The position numbers and the translations under genes are program-made. Under the pieces are notes generated by a model that had not been told where the DNA came from, searched no databases, and was given only the letters and a program-made list of their open reading frames with translations. 64,000 bases of DNA from Candidatus Omnitrophota bacterium (lineage in GTDB: Bacteria; Omnitrophota; Gorgyraeia; Gorgyraeales; Gorgyraeaceae). The stretch spans positions 71,747 through 135,746 of the forward strand of contig DNHS01000051.1 in NCBI GenBank assembly GCA_003485765.1. The letters run 5' to 3'. Of this stretch, positions 47,605 to 55,877 are shown one piece after another. Within the stretch, counting starts at the first letter, position 1. The number at the start of each line of letters is the position of its first letter.

Positions 47605-48171
47605 TTAGCGGCTCCCTGGTTTTTTTATCTTTATGCCCTTCTTGCATAAAGGGCAATCCTCTTGTCTATAGGTGGGAAAGTCCAGCCTAACTAGACTTTT
47701 TAATCTTACACCAAAATCCAGGGTTTTTCCACTTCTATCTACTACGCAACCCACTCCTATTATTTTGGCGCCTTTTGACTTCACAACCTCTAAAACTTCA
47801 TTTGTAGAAAGCCCTGTTGTTATAACGTCTTCAACCACAAGGACTCTGTCTTCTTTTTTCAGATCAAATCCCCGTCTTAAAACCATCTTGCCTTCCACTC
47901 GCTCTGTGAATAAAGATTTCACCTTTAGGTTCCTGGCGATTTCATAAGAAACTATTACGCCTCCAAGAGCAGGCGCTATTACACATGTAGGTTTATCATC
48001 CTTAAAATAACTCGCTAATTCTCCGCATAATTTCTCAGCTATATCTGGATACTGCAATAATAACGCGCACTGAAAATAATTCCCGCTATGAAGGCCGCTC
48101 GAAAGCCTGAAGTGCCCGCTCAAAAGCGCCCCAGTATCTGTAAATAGTTTCAAAATGTCTTTCTCCTGCAT
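47605..48171 (-). CDS. pyrE: Orotate phosphoribosyltransferase
   Basis: GHFRLSSGLHS, VVEDVITTG, KPGSR. Confidence 0.96.
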   Translation of the reverse strand: MQEKDILKLFTDTGALLSGHFRLSSGLHSGNYFQCALLLQYPDIAEKLCGELASYFKDDKPTCVIAPALGGVIVSYEIARNLKVKSLFTERVEGKMVLRRGFDLKKEDRVLVVEDVITTGLSTNEVLEVVKSKGAKIIGVGCVVDRSGKTLDFGVRLKSLVRLDFPTYRQEDCPLCKKGIKIKKPGSR

Positions 48172-48192
48172 TATCTTATCACCTCTTTATAT

Positions 48193-48233
48193 CTAACTTT
48201 ACAAATTGTGCCAGGCACGAATTGTAAAGTTAG
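48193..48233. repeat. REP-like palindrome (AACTTTACA family)
   Basis: ctaactttacaaattgtgccaggcacgaattgtaaagttag. Confidence 0.8.
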
Positions 48234-48277
48234 GGAGCGGCTAGACAAAGCTACGCGCAAAAAAATCACTACTGTTA

Positions 48278-48976
48278 TCATGCTAACTCTAATTGCTTAA
48301 GTGCCTTAGCTGGATCCTTTGCCTTTGTAACAGGCCTTCCTATTACAATATAATCAGCGCCTCTTTGAAAGGCTTCTTTAGGCGTAGTTACTCTTTTCTG
48401 GTCCCCTGTTTCAGATCCTTCAGGCCTAACCCCGGGAGTAACTATTAAAAAATCTTTTCCTGTATTTTTCCTTATCGCAGTTATTTCTTCAGGCGATGCC
48501 ACCACGCCATCTAAACCAGCCTCTTTAGCCAGCCCTGCCAGATTTAATACCTCTTCTTCTGGAGTTTTAAGTATTCCTATTTTGTTCAAAGCCGTCTTAT
48601 TAAGACTGGTGAGAACTGTTACTCCTAAAATTTTAGGCCTTGCCATGCCTAGCTTTTCGCTTTCTTCTTCTGCGCCCTCTACTGCCTTCTTCATCATGTC
48701 AATCCCGCCTGATGCGTGCACATTGAACATAAATACGCCAAACCTAACAGCTACTTTACTGGCTGCATAAACTGTGTTTGGAATATCATGGAATTTCAGG
48801 TCCAGGAAAATATCTTTGTCGTATTTTTTGACAAGTTCGATTGCCTTTACGCCGCAAGAGTAAAATAACTCCATGCCTATCTTAAAAACCTGCGCTTCAC
48901 TGCTCAGAGCATCCAGAAGCCTCTCTTCTTCCTTCAGCGTATTCACATCCAGCGCTATTATTATCCTATCTTTCAT
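48278..48976 (-). CDS. pyrF: Orotidine-5'-phosphate decarboxylase
   Basis: IIALD, DLKFHDIPNT, TPGVR; start reassigned to MKDRII. Confidence 0.96.
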   Translation of the reverse strand: MKDRIIIALDVNTLKEEERLLDALSSEAQVFKIGMELFYSCGVKAIELVKKYDKDIFLDLKFHDIPNTVYAASKVAVRFGVFMFNVHASGGIDMMKKAVEGAEEESEKLGMARPKILGVTVLTSLNKTALNKIGILKTPEEEVLNLAGLAKEAGLDGVVASPEEITAIRKNTGKDFLIVTPGVRPEGSETGDQKRVTTPKEAFQRGADYIVIGRPVTKAKDPAKALKQLELA

Positions 48977-48991
48977 CTTTTTCCCGCTCTC

Positions 48992-49032
48992 AACAACTTT
49001 ACACTTTAACAATGTTAGAATGTAAAGTTGTT
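48992..49032. repeat. REP-like palindrome (AACTTTACA family)
   Basis: aacaactttacactttaacaatgttagaatgtaaagttgtt. Confidence 0.8.
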
Positions 49033-49946
49033 TAATTTTTTATATTTAGATTGCCTATTATATCTTCTATTTTCTCTATCTTATGCTTCTTTAAATAGCC
49101 TTCTATGCCTTTTACTATTTTAATGCAGACGCCTGGCTCTATAAAATTAGCAGTGCCTACCTGGATAGCTACAGCTCCTGCTATCATAAATTCAATAGCG
49201 TCATTAGCGTTCATTATACCACCTATACCTATCACAGGGATATTGATATTCTTCGAGACTTCATAAACCATTCTTAAGGCTATTGGTTTTATGCAAGGCC
49301 CGCTCAAACCGCCTGTAATATTGCCGAGTTTTGGCTTTCTCGTATCTATGTCTATAGCCATCCCAAAAAACGTATTCACAAGGCTCACTGCATCAGAGCC
49401 GGCATTCTCAGCTGCCTTAGCAATCCCAACTATATCCGTCACATTTGGAGAAAGTTTTGTAATAATAGTTTTATCTGTTATCTTTCTCACAGCTTTTACA
49501 ACTTCATACGTTTCTTTTGTATCCTGCGCTACCAAACCTTCGCACTTAATATTCGGGCACGATATATTTAACTCTATCCCGCTTATGCTTTTTATTTTAT
49601 CCAGCCTTCTCGCAAGAATAAAAAACTCATCTATATTGTTTCCTGATATGCTAACGATAATGGGCGCGCCTATCTTAGAAAGATACGGCATTTTTTCTTT
49701 TAAAAAATTATCTATACCTTCGTTCTGAAGCCCTATTGCATTTAGCATTCCCGCTGAAGTCTCGCATATCCTGGGCATTGGATTGCCCTGTCTCGGGTTT
49801 AAAGTAATTGTCTTTGTAATAATCGCGCCTATATGTTTTAAGTTAACTAATTTTTCAAATTCCTTGGCATACCCAAATGTGCCTGAAGCAGCCATGACAG
49901 GATTCTTAAGTTTTATCTTGCCTATCTTCACTCCCAACTCCGCCAT
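49032..49946 (-). CDS. pyrD: Dihydroorotate dehydrogenase family 1B, catalytic subunit
   Basis: ASGTFG, NAIGLQN, NISCPN, GGLSG. Confidence 0.96.
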   Translation of the reverse strand: MAELGVKIGKIKLKNPVMAASGTFGYAKEFEKLVNLKHIGAIITKTITLNPRQGNPMPRICETSAGMLNAIGLQNEGIDNFLKEKMPYLSKIGAPIIVSISGNNIDEFFILARRLDKIKSISGIELNISCPNIKCEGLVAQDTKETYEVVKAVRKITDKTIITKLSPNVTDIVGIAKAAENAGSDAVSLVNTFFGMAIDIDTRKPKLGNITGGLSGPCIKPIALRMVYEVSKNINIPVIGIGGIMNANDAIEFMIAGAVAIQVGTANFIEPGVCIKIVKGIEGYLKKHKIEKIEDIIGNLNIKN

Positions 49947-49966
49947 CTTTCAGTCCTTTCCTATCA

Positions 49967-50007
49967 AACAACTTTACAAATTAACAATGTCAAAATGTAA
50001 AGTTGTT
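49967..50007. repeat. REP-like palindrome (AACTTTACA family)
   Basis: aacaactttacaaattaacaatgtcaaaatgtaaagttgtt. Confidence 0.8.
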
Positions 50008-50785
50008 ACCATAAAAGTTCATTGGCGTTAAAGATTGGGCCGTCTTTACAGGCAAGTTTATTGCCTGATTTTGTTTTGACAGCACAGCCTAAGCACGCGC
50101 CAATGCCGCAGGCCATCTTTTCTTCTAATGACACCTGGCATTCAAATTTTCGCTCCTGGCATATATCCGCAATACATTTAAGCATTTCATGCGGCCCGCA
50201 AACATATACAATGGTTTCAAATTTACTTTCTGTAGTTTTTAAAATCTTATGGAATAACTTTGACACAAAACCCTGCGAGCCATAAGTGCCGTCATCAGTA
50301 GAAACATAAACCTCAGGCGTGGCCTTTTTGAAATCTTTCTCGCATAAAATCAGATTTTTTGTTTTCGCTCCTATTAATACAATTGTCTTTATCTTCTTTT
50401 TCGTTAATTCTTCTGCAAGATATACGAGTGGCGCAGCGCCTATGCCGCCGGCGATTATAATCGCTCTAGGCTCGCCATTCATCGCTCGTGGCAATGTAAA
50501 ACCATTACCTAAGGGGCCCAAAACATCTATCTTGTCTCCTTCTTTTTTATTTGAAAGAATCTCTGTTCCTCTGCCTACCGTTTCATATAAAATTTCTATA
50601 TTTCTATTCACCCTGTGTATACTGAACGGCCTTCTTAAAAGCGGCTCAAAAGAATCGCTGCACTTGATTTGCGCAAACTGCCCAGGTTTTGCTGTCCTTG
50701 CAATATAAGGCGCATCAAGGGACATCTTATAATATCCAAGCCCTATTCTTCTATTCAATAAAATTCTAGCTTTTATATCTTTCAC
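50006..50785 (-). CDS. pyrK: Dihydroorotate dehydrogenase electron transfer subunit
   Basis: RRPFS, GPLGNGF, MACGIGACLGC...CKDGPIF. Confidence 0.95.
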   Translation of the reverse strand: MKDIKARILLNRRIGLGYYKMSLDAPYIARTAKPGQFAQIKCSDSFEPLLRRPFSIHRVNRNIEILYETVGRGTEILSNKKEGDKIDVLGPLGNGFTLPRAMNGEPRAIIIAGGIGAAPLVYLAEELTKKKIKTIVLIGAKTKNLILCEKDFKKATPEVYVSTDDGTYGSQGFVSKLFHKILKTTESKFETIVYVCGPHEMLKCIADICQERKFECQVSLEEKMACGIGACLGCAVKTKSGNKLACKDGPIFNANELLW

Positions 50786-50812
50786 TTTTAACCTTAACCC
50801 TTTAACTTTAAA

Positions 50813-52045
50813 CTAAAATAGGTCTAACTGTTTCTCGCCAACATTATCTTTTTCTTTTAATATCTCTATTGTGCCATACTCTCCATCAAAACCTGGCAAT
50901 ATATTCACATTTCCGTTTCTCACATTTATAATTGCCTTTGCAATTTTTATTGGCAGCTCCCTTAAAAGTTTATCCTCATTAACCTCTGTAAGAACTTCGA
51001 GTTCTGTCCCAAGCCGCGGGATTATTGCGCGATATTCTGCATTAACCGCTTTAGAAGCAACTCCAACTCCTACTGTGTCTGCAATTATTTCTGCAAGCGG
51101 TATCATTCTTTTAAAAGGAATGCTATTCTCAGGGACAAAACCAGCAGATCTGTCTGCAAGCTCACTAACCCTATTCATAACGCCTATTGTAAGAGATTTT
51201 CCGCACGCAGGGCATATATTTTTATTTTTCCTGGTTTCTTCCGGGCTAAATCTTACATTGCAGGCCCTGTGGCCATCGTAATGATATTTCCCTTCTTCAG
51301 GGAAAAATTCAATTGTATAAAGAAATTTATTTTTGTCTTTTTTCTTCAATGTATCTATAACCGCTTTATAGCTCATTTCAATATCAAATACATTCGCCTC
51401 TCTACCTATCTTCTGCGGGCTGTGAGAATCGGAATTTGATATAAGATTAAACCTGTCCAGCTTGCTCCATTGCCAATTCATGCCCGGGTCTGAAGAAAGC
51501 CCTGTTTCCAGGGCATATATATCTTTAGTGTATTCTCCGAAACATTCCTCTATTGAATCAAAACCTGACTTGGAGCCGAAAAGCGAAAACCACGGTGTCC
51601 AGATATGGCCTGGCACTAGAAATATATCTTTACTGATGCCGAATAAAAGTTCTGCCAAATCCTTGGCGTCTATACCTATAATAGGCCTTCCGTCGTACGC
51701 AATATTCCCATAACCTGAAAGAACAGAGTTTACTTTATCAGCAATATCGAAACTCGGCGCAAAAATAACATTATGGATCTTTCTGACCCTGCCATTTTTA
51801 GAATATATGCTGGATATCTCTCCTGTGAGCATAAAATTCACGCTGTTATATTCAAACAAACCATTGCCTGAATCCTTTAATGTGGTTTTTAATTCTTCCA
51901 GCCATAGATAGTGCGTAAAATCTCCTGTGCCCAATAAAGATACACCCTTAAGCTTTGCGTATTCCGAAAGCGTTTTTATATTCATGTCAGGGCTTGTGGC
52001 GCGGCTATATTTAGAATGTATATGGAAATCAGCTGCAAACTTCAT
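50813..52045 (-). CDS. Endonuclease Q family (PHP domain plus Zn finger)
   Basis: DFHIHSKYSRATS, GTGDFTH, HIWTPWFS, ETGLSSD, SNSDSHS, GKYHYDGHRAC...CPAC, PGFDGEYG. Confidence 0.9.
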   Translation of the reverse strand: MKFAADFHIHSKYSRATSPDMNIKTLSEYAKLKGVSLLGTGDFTHYLWLEELKTTLKDSGNGLFEYNSVNFMLTGEISSIYSKNGRVRKIHNVIFAPSFDIADKVNSVLSGYGNIAYDGRPIIGIDAKDLAELLFGISKDIFLVPGHIWTPWFSLFGSKSGFDSIEECFGEYTKDIYALETGLSSDPGMNWQWSKLDRFNLISNSDSHSPQKIGREANVFDIEMSYKAVIDTLKKKDKNKFLYTIEFFPEEGKYHYDGHRACNVRFSPEETRKNKNICPACGKSLTIGVMNRVSELADRSAGFVPENSIPFKRMIPLAEIIADTVGVGVASKAVNAEYRAIIPRLGTELEVLTEVNEDKLLRELPIKIAKAIINVRNGNVNILPGFDGEYGTIEILKEKDNVGEKQLDLF

Positions 52046-53316
52046 GCCTTATATATAACCTTTCCTTTATAAATAGTATATTCAACTACGCCTTTTAACT
52101 TTCTTCCTATAAAAGCTGAATTTTTTGATTTGGACACAAAACCAACTTTATTAACAACCCACTCCTTGTCAGGCGACACGATAGTTATGTCGGCGTCTTT
52201 ACCAGAACCAAGTGTCCCTTTATTTATATCCAGAATTCTCGCAGGATTAAGAGAAATCTTTTTTACGAGCTCGCTCCATGTTAATAACCCCTTACCTGTC
52301 AGTTCAGTAACACTTACTGCAAGCTCTGTTTCTAAGCCTATGCTTCCAAATTCTGCATGTTCAAATTCTATCTCTTTTTCATTTTCAGTATGAGGGGCGT
52401 GATCAGAGGCAATAACATCTATGGTCCCGTCTCTTAACCCTTCCTTTATTGCCAGAACATCATCTTTTGTCCTTAAGGGCGGATTAACTTTCATACTTGT
52501 ATTATAGTCCAAAAGATCCTCTTCATTTAAAGTAAAATAATGCGGGGCAGTTTCGCTAGTTACCTTCACGCCCCTTAATTTTCCTTTTCTTATTATTTCT
52601 ACCGACTCGCCGGCGCTCACATGAGCAATGTGTACGCTTGCGCCAATTTCTTCTGCAAGCTTTATATCCCTCGCCACCCTTTTATATTCAGATTCTTTTG
52701 AAATCCCTCTTAAGCCCATCCTTGTTGATGTAAAACCCCTGTTAACTAAGCCCTTGCCTGAAAGCGATTTATCTTCTGAATGGCATATTACAAGAACCTT
52801 TTCTTTTCTTGCCTCTTTAAACGCTTTTAACATTAAATCGTCGCTGTCAACTGATCCGCCATCATCTGAAATTGCGATTATCCCTTCTTTTTTTAATGCG
52901 CTAATATCCGCCAATTCTTTACCAGCCCTTCCGATTGTAATTGCCCCGCATATAAATACTCCTACATTTGCCGTCTTTTTAATAATATCGCTCAGCGTCT
53001 TGATAACCCCTGCAGAATCAAGGCTTGGTAATGTATTTGGCATGGCGAGAACGCTTGTAACCCCGCCTTTAGCCGCAGCCTTTGTGCCGCTAAAAACAGT
53101 TTCTTTATCCTCTCTGCCAGGTTCTCTCAAATGAACATGCATGTCGACAATTCCAGGCATCACAATTTTTCCTACAGCGTCAATAACTGTTTCAGCTTTG
53201 GCATCCAAACCAAAGCCTACTTTGGATATTTTCTCGCCTTCTACCAGAATATCCATTACTTCGTCTATTTTATTGCCAGGATCTACTACATGGCCATTTT
53301 TAATAAGTAACTTCAT
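52042..53316 (-). CDS. pyrC: Dihydroorotase
   Basis: DMHVHLREPG, MPNT, KVNPPLR, SDHAPH. Confidence 0.96.
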   Translation of the reverse strand: MKLLIKNGHVVDPGNKIDEVMDILVEGEKISKVGFGLDAKAETVIDAVGKIVMPGIVDMHVHLREPGREDKETVFSGTKAAAKGGVTSVLAMPNTLPSLDSAGVIKTLSDIIKKTANVGVFICGAITIGRAGKELADISALKKEGIIAISDDGGSVDSDDLMLKAFKEARKEKVLVICHSEDKSLSGKGLVNRGFTSTRMGLRGISKESEYKRVARDIKLAEEIGASVHIAHVSAGESVEIIRKGKLRGVKVTSETAPHYFTLNEEDLLDYNTSMKVNPPLRTKDDVLAIKEGLRDGTIDVIASDHAPHTENEKEIEFEHAEFGSIGLETELAVSVTELTGKGLLTWSELVKKISLNPARILDINKGTLGSGKDADITIVSPDKEWVVNKVGFVSKSKNSAFIGRKLKGVVEYTIYKGKVIYKA

Positions 53317-54268
53317 TCTTTATATCCTTATCTTTTGCTTGAGAAACCCAGAATAAAACCGCCATCCTGACTGCAATTCCATTCGTAACCTGCTCCAATA
53401 TTACAGAATTCCCGCCGTCAGCAACCTCGCTCGATATTTCAACCCCTCTATTTATAGGGCCTGGATGCATGACAATAATATCTTTTTTGGCTTTTTTCAA
53501 TCTCTCTTCTGTGATTCCGAAACTTTTAAAATATCCCAGCTGGCTCGGGAATGCCTTCATATCATCCCGCTCAAACTGCATCCTTAATACATTTACAGCG
53601 TCAGCTTCGCTCAGCGCTTCATCTATATTATCCGTAACTTTAACCCCCATCCTCTCTATCCCAGGAGGAATCAGAATCTTTGGCGCGCAAACAGTTACCT
53701 TTGCCCCAAATTTGGTCAAACCCCATATATTCGATCGAGCTACCCTGGAATGCGCGATGTCTCCCACTATACTTACATTCAAACCCTCTAACTTACCAGT
53801 TTTTTTCCTCAATGTGAACATATCTAAAAGCGCCTGCGTAGGATGTTCATGCCAGCCGTCTCCCGCGTTTATTACGCTTATATTCACATTGCGGGCCAGC
53901 ATAGTGGCTGCGCCTGAACAATTATGCCTCACCACAATAATATCCGCTTTTAAAGCCTCTATATTTTTGCCGGTATCGTTCAAAGTCTCGCCTTTTCTCA
54001 CGCTTGAAGACTCTACTGCAATATTTATAACATCAGCTGAGAGCCTTTTGGCAGCCACTTCAAAAGACACTCTGGTCCTTGTAGACGGCTCGTAAAATAG
54101 ATTTACCACTGTTTTGCCGCGCAGCGCAGGAACCTTCTTGATTTTTCTACCAAGGATTTCCCTGAAAGATTCAGCTGTGTCCAAAAGAAGCTCTATATCT
54201 TCTTTTGAAAGATATTCTAACCCCAAAAGATCTTTATGAGCCCACAATGTTCTTTTCTTCTTTGTCAT
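53300..54268 (-). CDS. pyrB: Aspartate carbamoyltransferase catalytic subunit
   Basis: FYEPSTRT, HPTQALLD, HPGP. Confidence 0.97.
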   Translation of the reverse strand: MTKKKRTLWAHKDLLGLEYLSKEDIELLLDTAESFREILGRKIKKVPALRGKTVVNLFYEPSTRTRVSFEVAAKRLSADVINIAVESSSVRKGETLNDTGKNIEALKADIIVVRHNCSGAATMLARNVNISVINAGDGWHEHPTQALLDMFTLRKKTGKLEGLNVSIVGDIAHSRVARSNIWGLTKFGAKVTVCAPKILIPPGIERMGVKVTDNIDEALSEADAVNVLRMQFERDDMKAFPSQLGYFKSFGITEERLKKAKKDIIVMHPGPINRGVEISSEVADGGNSVILEQVTNGIAVRMAVLFWVSQAKDKDIKNEVTY

Positions 54269-54803
54269 CCTGTATTTCCTCTATAGCAACGTTATCCTCG
54301 TTATCTATTTCCTGCAATTTTACCTGCACAAGCTCTTTCTGCGATGTGGGAATATTCTTTCCCACGTAATCAGCTCTTATAGGAAGTTCCCGATGGCCCC
54401 TATCAATCAAGACTGCCAATTGTATTGTCCTAGGCCTGCCAAAATCTATAAGAGCGTCCAGGCCACATCTGATAGTTCTGCCTGTGTATAAAACATCGTC
54501 CACGAGCACTATATTTTTATTCTCTATATCAAAATCTATCTCTGTATTATGAATCACGGGCTGTTCTGATATAGCGCTTAAATCATCCCTGTAAAAGGTT
54601 ATATCCAATGCCCCTACGTCTAATTTGGCGCCATAGAGGTTATTTATCACTTTTGCGATGCGCTCTGCAAGGATATATCCTCTTGTCCTTATCCCGATTA
54701 TAACAAGGCCTTTAACGCCTTTATTATTTTCTATAATCTCGTGGCTTATTCTTGTAATCGAGCGTTCTATCTCTTCCTTTGTAAAAACCTGTTTCAATGG
54801 CAT
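54234..54803 (-). CDS. pyrR: Pyrimidine operon attenuation protein / UPRTase
   Basis: LDITFYRDD, VDDVLYTGRT, DRGHRELPIRADYVGKN. Confidence 0.97.
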   Translation of the reverse strand: MPLKQVFTKEEIERSITRISHEIIENNKGVKGLVIIGIRTRGYILAERIAKVINNLYGAKLDVGALDITFYRDDLSAISEQPVIHNTEIDFDIENKNIVLVDDVLYTGRTIRCGLDALIDFGRPRTIQLAVLIDRGHRELPIRADYVGKNIPTSQKELVQVKLQEIDNEDNVAIEEIQDDKEEKNIVGS

Positions 54804-54829
54804 ATGAACCTCGTTTTAATAATCGCATC

Positions 54830-54857
54830 GTAGGGGACAGGCATGCCTATCCCCTAC
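54830..54857. repeat. GTAG-type REP palindrome
   Basis: GTAGGGGACAGGCATGCCTATCCCCTAC. Confidence 0.7.
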
Positions 54858-54863
54858 AGATTC

Positions 54864-54898
54864 AAAAAAAATGGACGTATCTTTTTCTGATTACGCCC
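54864..54898 (-). terminator. pyr leader attenuator terminator
   Basis: Minus strand GGGCGTAATC-loop-GATACGTCC followed by A and T8. Confidence 0.7.
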
Positions 54899-54941
54899 TT
54901 GTATTAAAATAATACTATATATTATATTCACTTTTTTACTC

Positions 54942-54972
54942 CCTTTTCAGCCTCTCTGTGCTGATTTAAAGG
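54942..54972 (-). promoter_or_regulatory. PyrR-binding stem-loop
   Basis: CCTTTAAATCAGCACAGAGAGGCTGAAAAGG matches the CUUUAA...AGnCnAGAGAGGCU...AAGG binding-loop consensus. Confidence 0.85.
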
Positions 54973-54987
54973 TATCTACTAAAATTG

Positions 54988-55015
54988 ATTATATCATTTA
55001 TTTACCCCGTGTCAA
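54988..55015 (-). promoter_or_regulatory. pyr operon promoter
   Basis: TTGACA-N16-TATAAT with extended TG. Confidence 0.75.
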
Positions 55016-55099
55016 GATTTTTTCGTACTTGAAAAAATCACATACTCTTCCGATAGGCCAAGATAATCATTTATATGGTTTGAATCAAATCTGAAGTTT

Positions 55100-55378
55100 T
55101 TATGCCTTCGATACTAATTTACCGTTCACATACTTATGCACTATACTTGTAATCAGTGTCTGATATAGAATACCCTCATCTACGGCTTTAGTTTGAATAC
55201 CAATAAAATCCTGCTTGGACATACGGATACTAATCCTCTGATCTTTTTTCAAGGCATTTCTGGCATATTCAGCATATTTTTTGATCTCAGCCGCCATATT
55301 TTTAACTGGTTTCCACTCTCCTCTTTCAATAGATGATGATAACTCTTGTTCTTCTTTATCAAGTTGATAATTGCGCAT
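55100..55378 (-). CDS. Antitoxin (BrnA/CopG-like)
   Basis: LDKEEQE...KDQRISIRMS...EGILYQTLITSIVHKY. Confidence 0.85.
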   Translation of the reverse strand: MRNYQLDKEEQELSSSIERGEWKPVKNMAAEIKKYAEYARNALKKDQRISIRMSKQDFIGIQTKAVDEGILYQTLITSIVHKYVNGKLVSKA

Positions 55379-55379
55379 C

Positions 55380-55658
55380 TTAATCGCCTCCCTGTCTTAA
55401 ATATTCCTTGGCCAGCTTACGGCTAGGAATAATAGTTTTAAGAAATAAATCATTTCCCGCCTTAACAAATGGAACATAATAAACGTAATTGTTTAACCCC
55501 ACAACAAAGGCCCTCTGGCCCTTGTATTTTTTACTGGGATTTTGGATAATAGCCAATACCTGTTGATTTTCAATACAAACCAATATCTCTTCAAATGAAA
55601 TATCCCGTTCAGTTTTTAACTTTTGATTTTTAGCTGGATCCCAGTAAATGTTTCCCAT
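55380..55658 (-). CDS. BrnT-family toxin
   Basis: WDPAKNQKLKTERDISFEEI...VPFV...FLKTIIPSRK. Confidence 0.85.
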   Translation of the reverse strand: MGNIYWDPAKNQKLKTERDISFEEILVCIENQQVLAIIQNPSKKYKGQRAFVVGLNNYVYYVPFVKAGNDLFLKTIIPSRKLAKEYLRQGGD

Positions 55659-55877
55659 AAAATAAGTATACACTATTATGTGCTAAATGTCAATACATTT
55701 AGCACGAAAATAGACCACAACTTTCTGACGAGATTAATCTCATAAAGTTTAACTATATGCAAGACTAAATTTATATGGTGGTAATTGGTGAGTCAGCGGA
55801 GGTACCGCCAATATTCTTCAAGATGGCCGCTCGAACAATATTGGCCCCTGTTTTTGTTCCTTCCTTATATATCGTCC

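Noticed and set aside
48977-49012. pyrF N-terminal extension MLKCKVVESGKK
   Set aside because: Derived from the REP-like palindrome; MLKCKVV also begins the spurious ORF at 29134
32628-54095. Many short + strand ORFs in the ATPase and pyr operons
   Set aside because: Antisense shadows of conserved minus-strand genes
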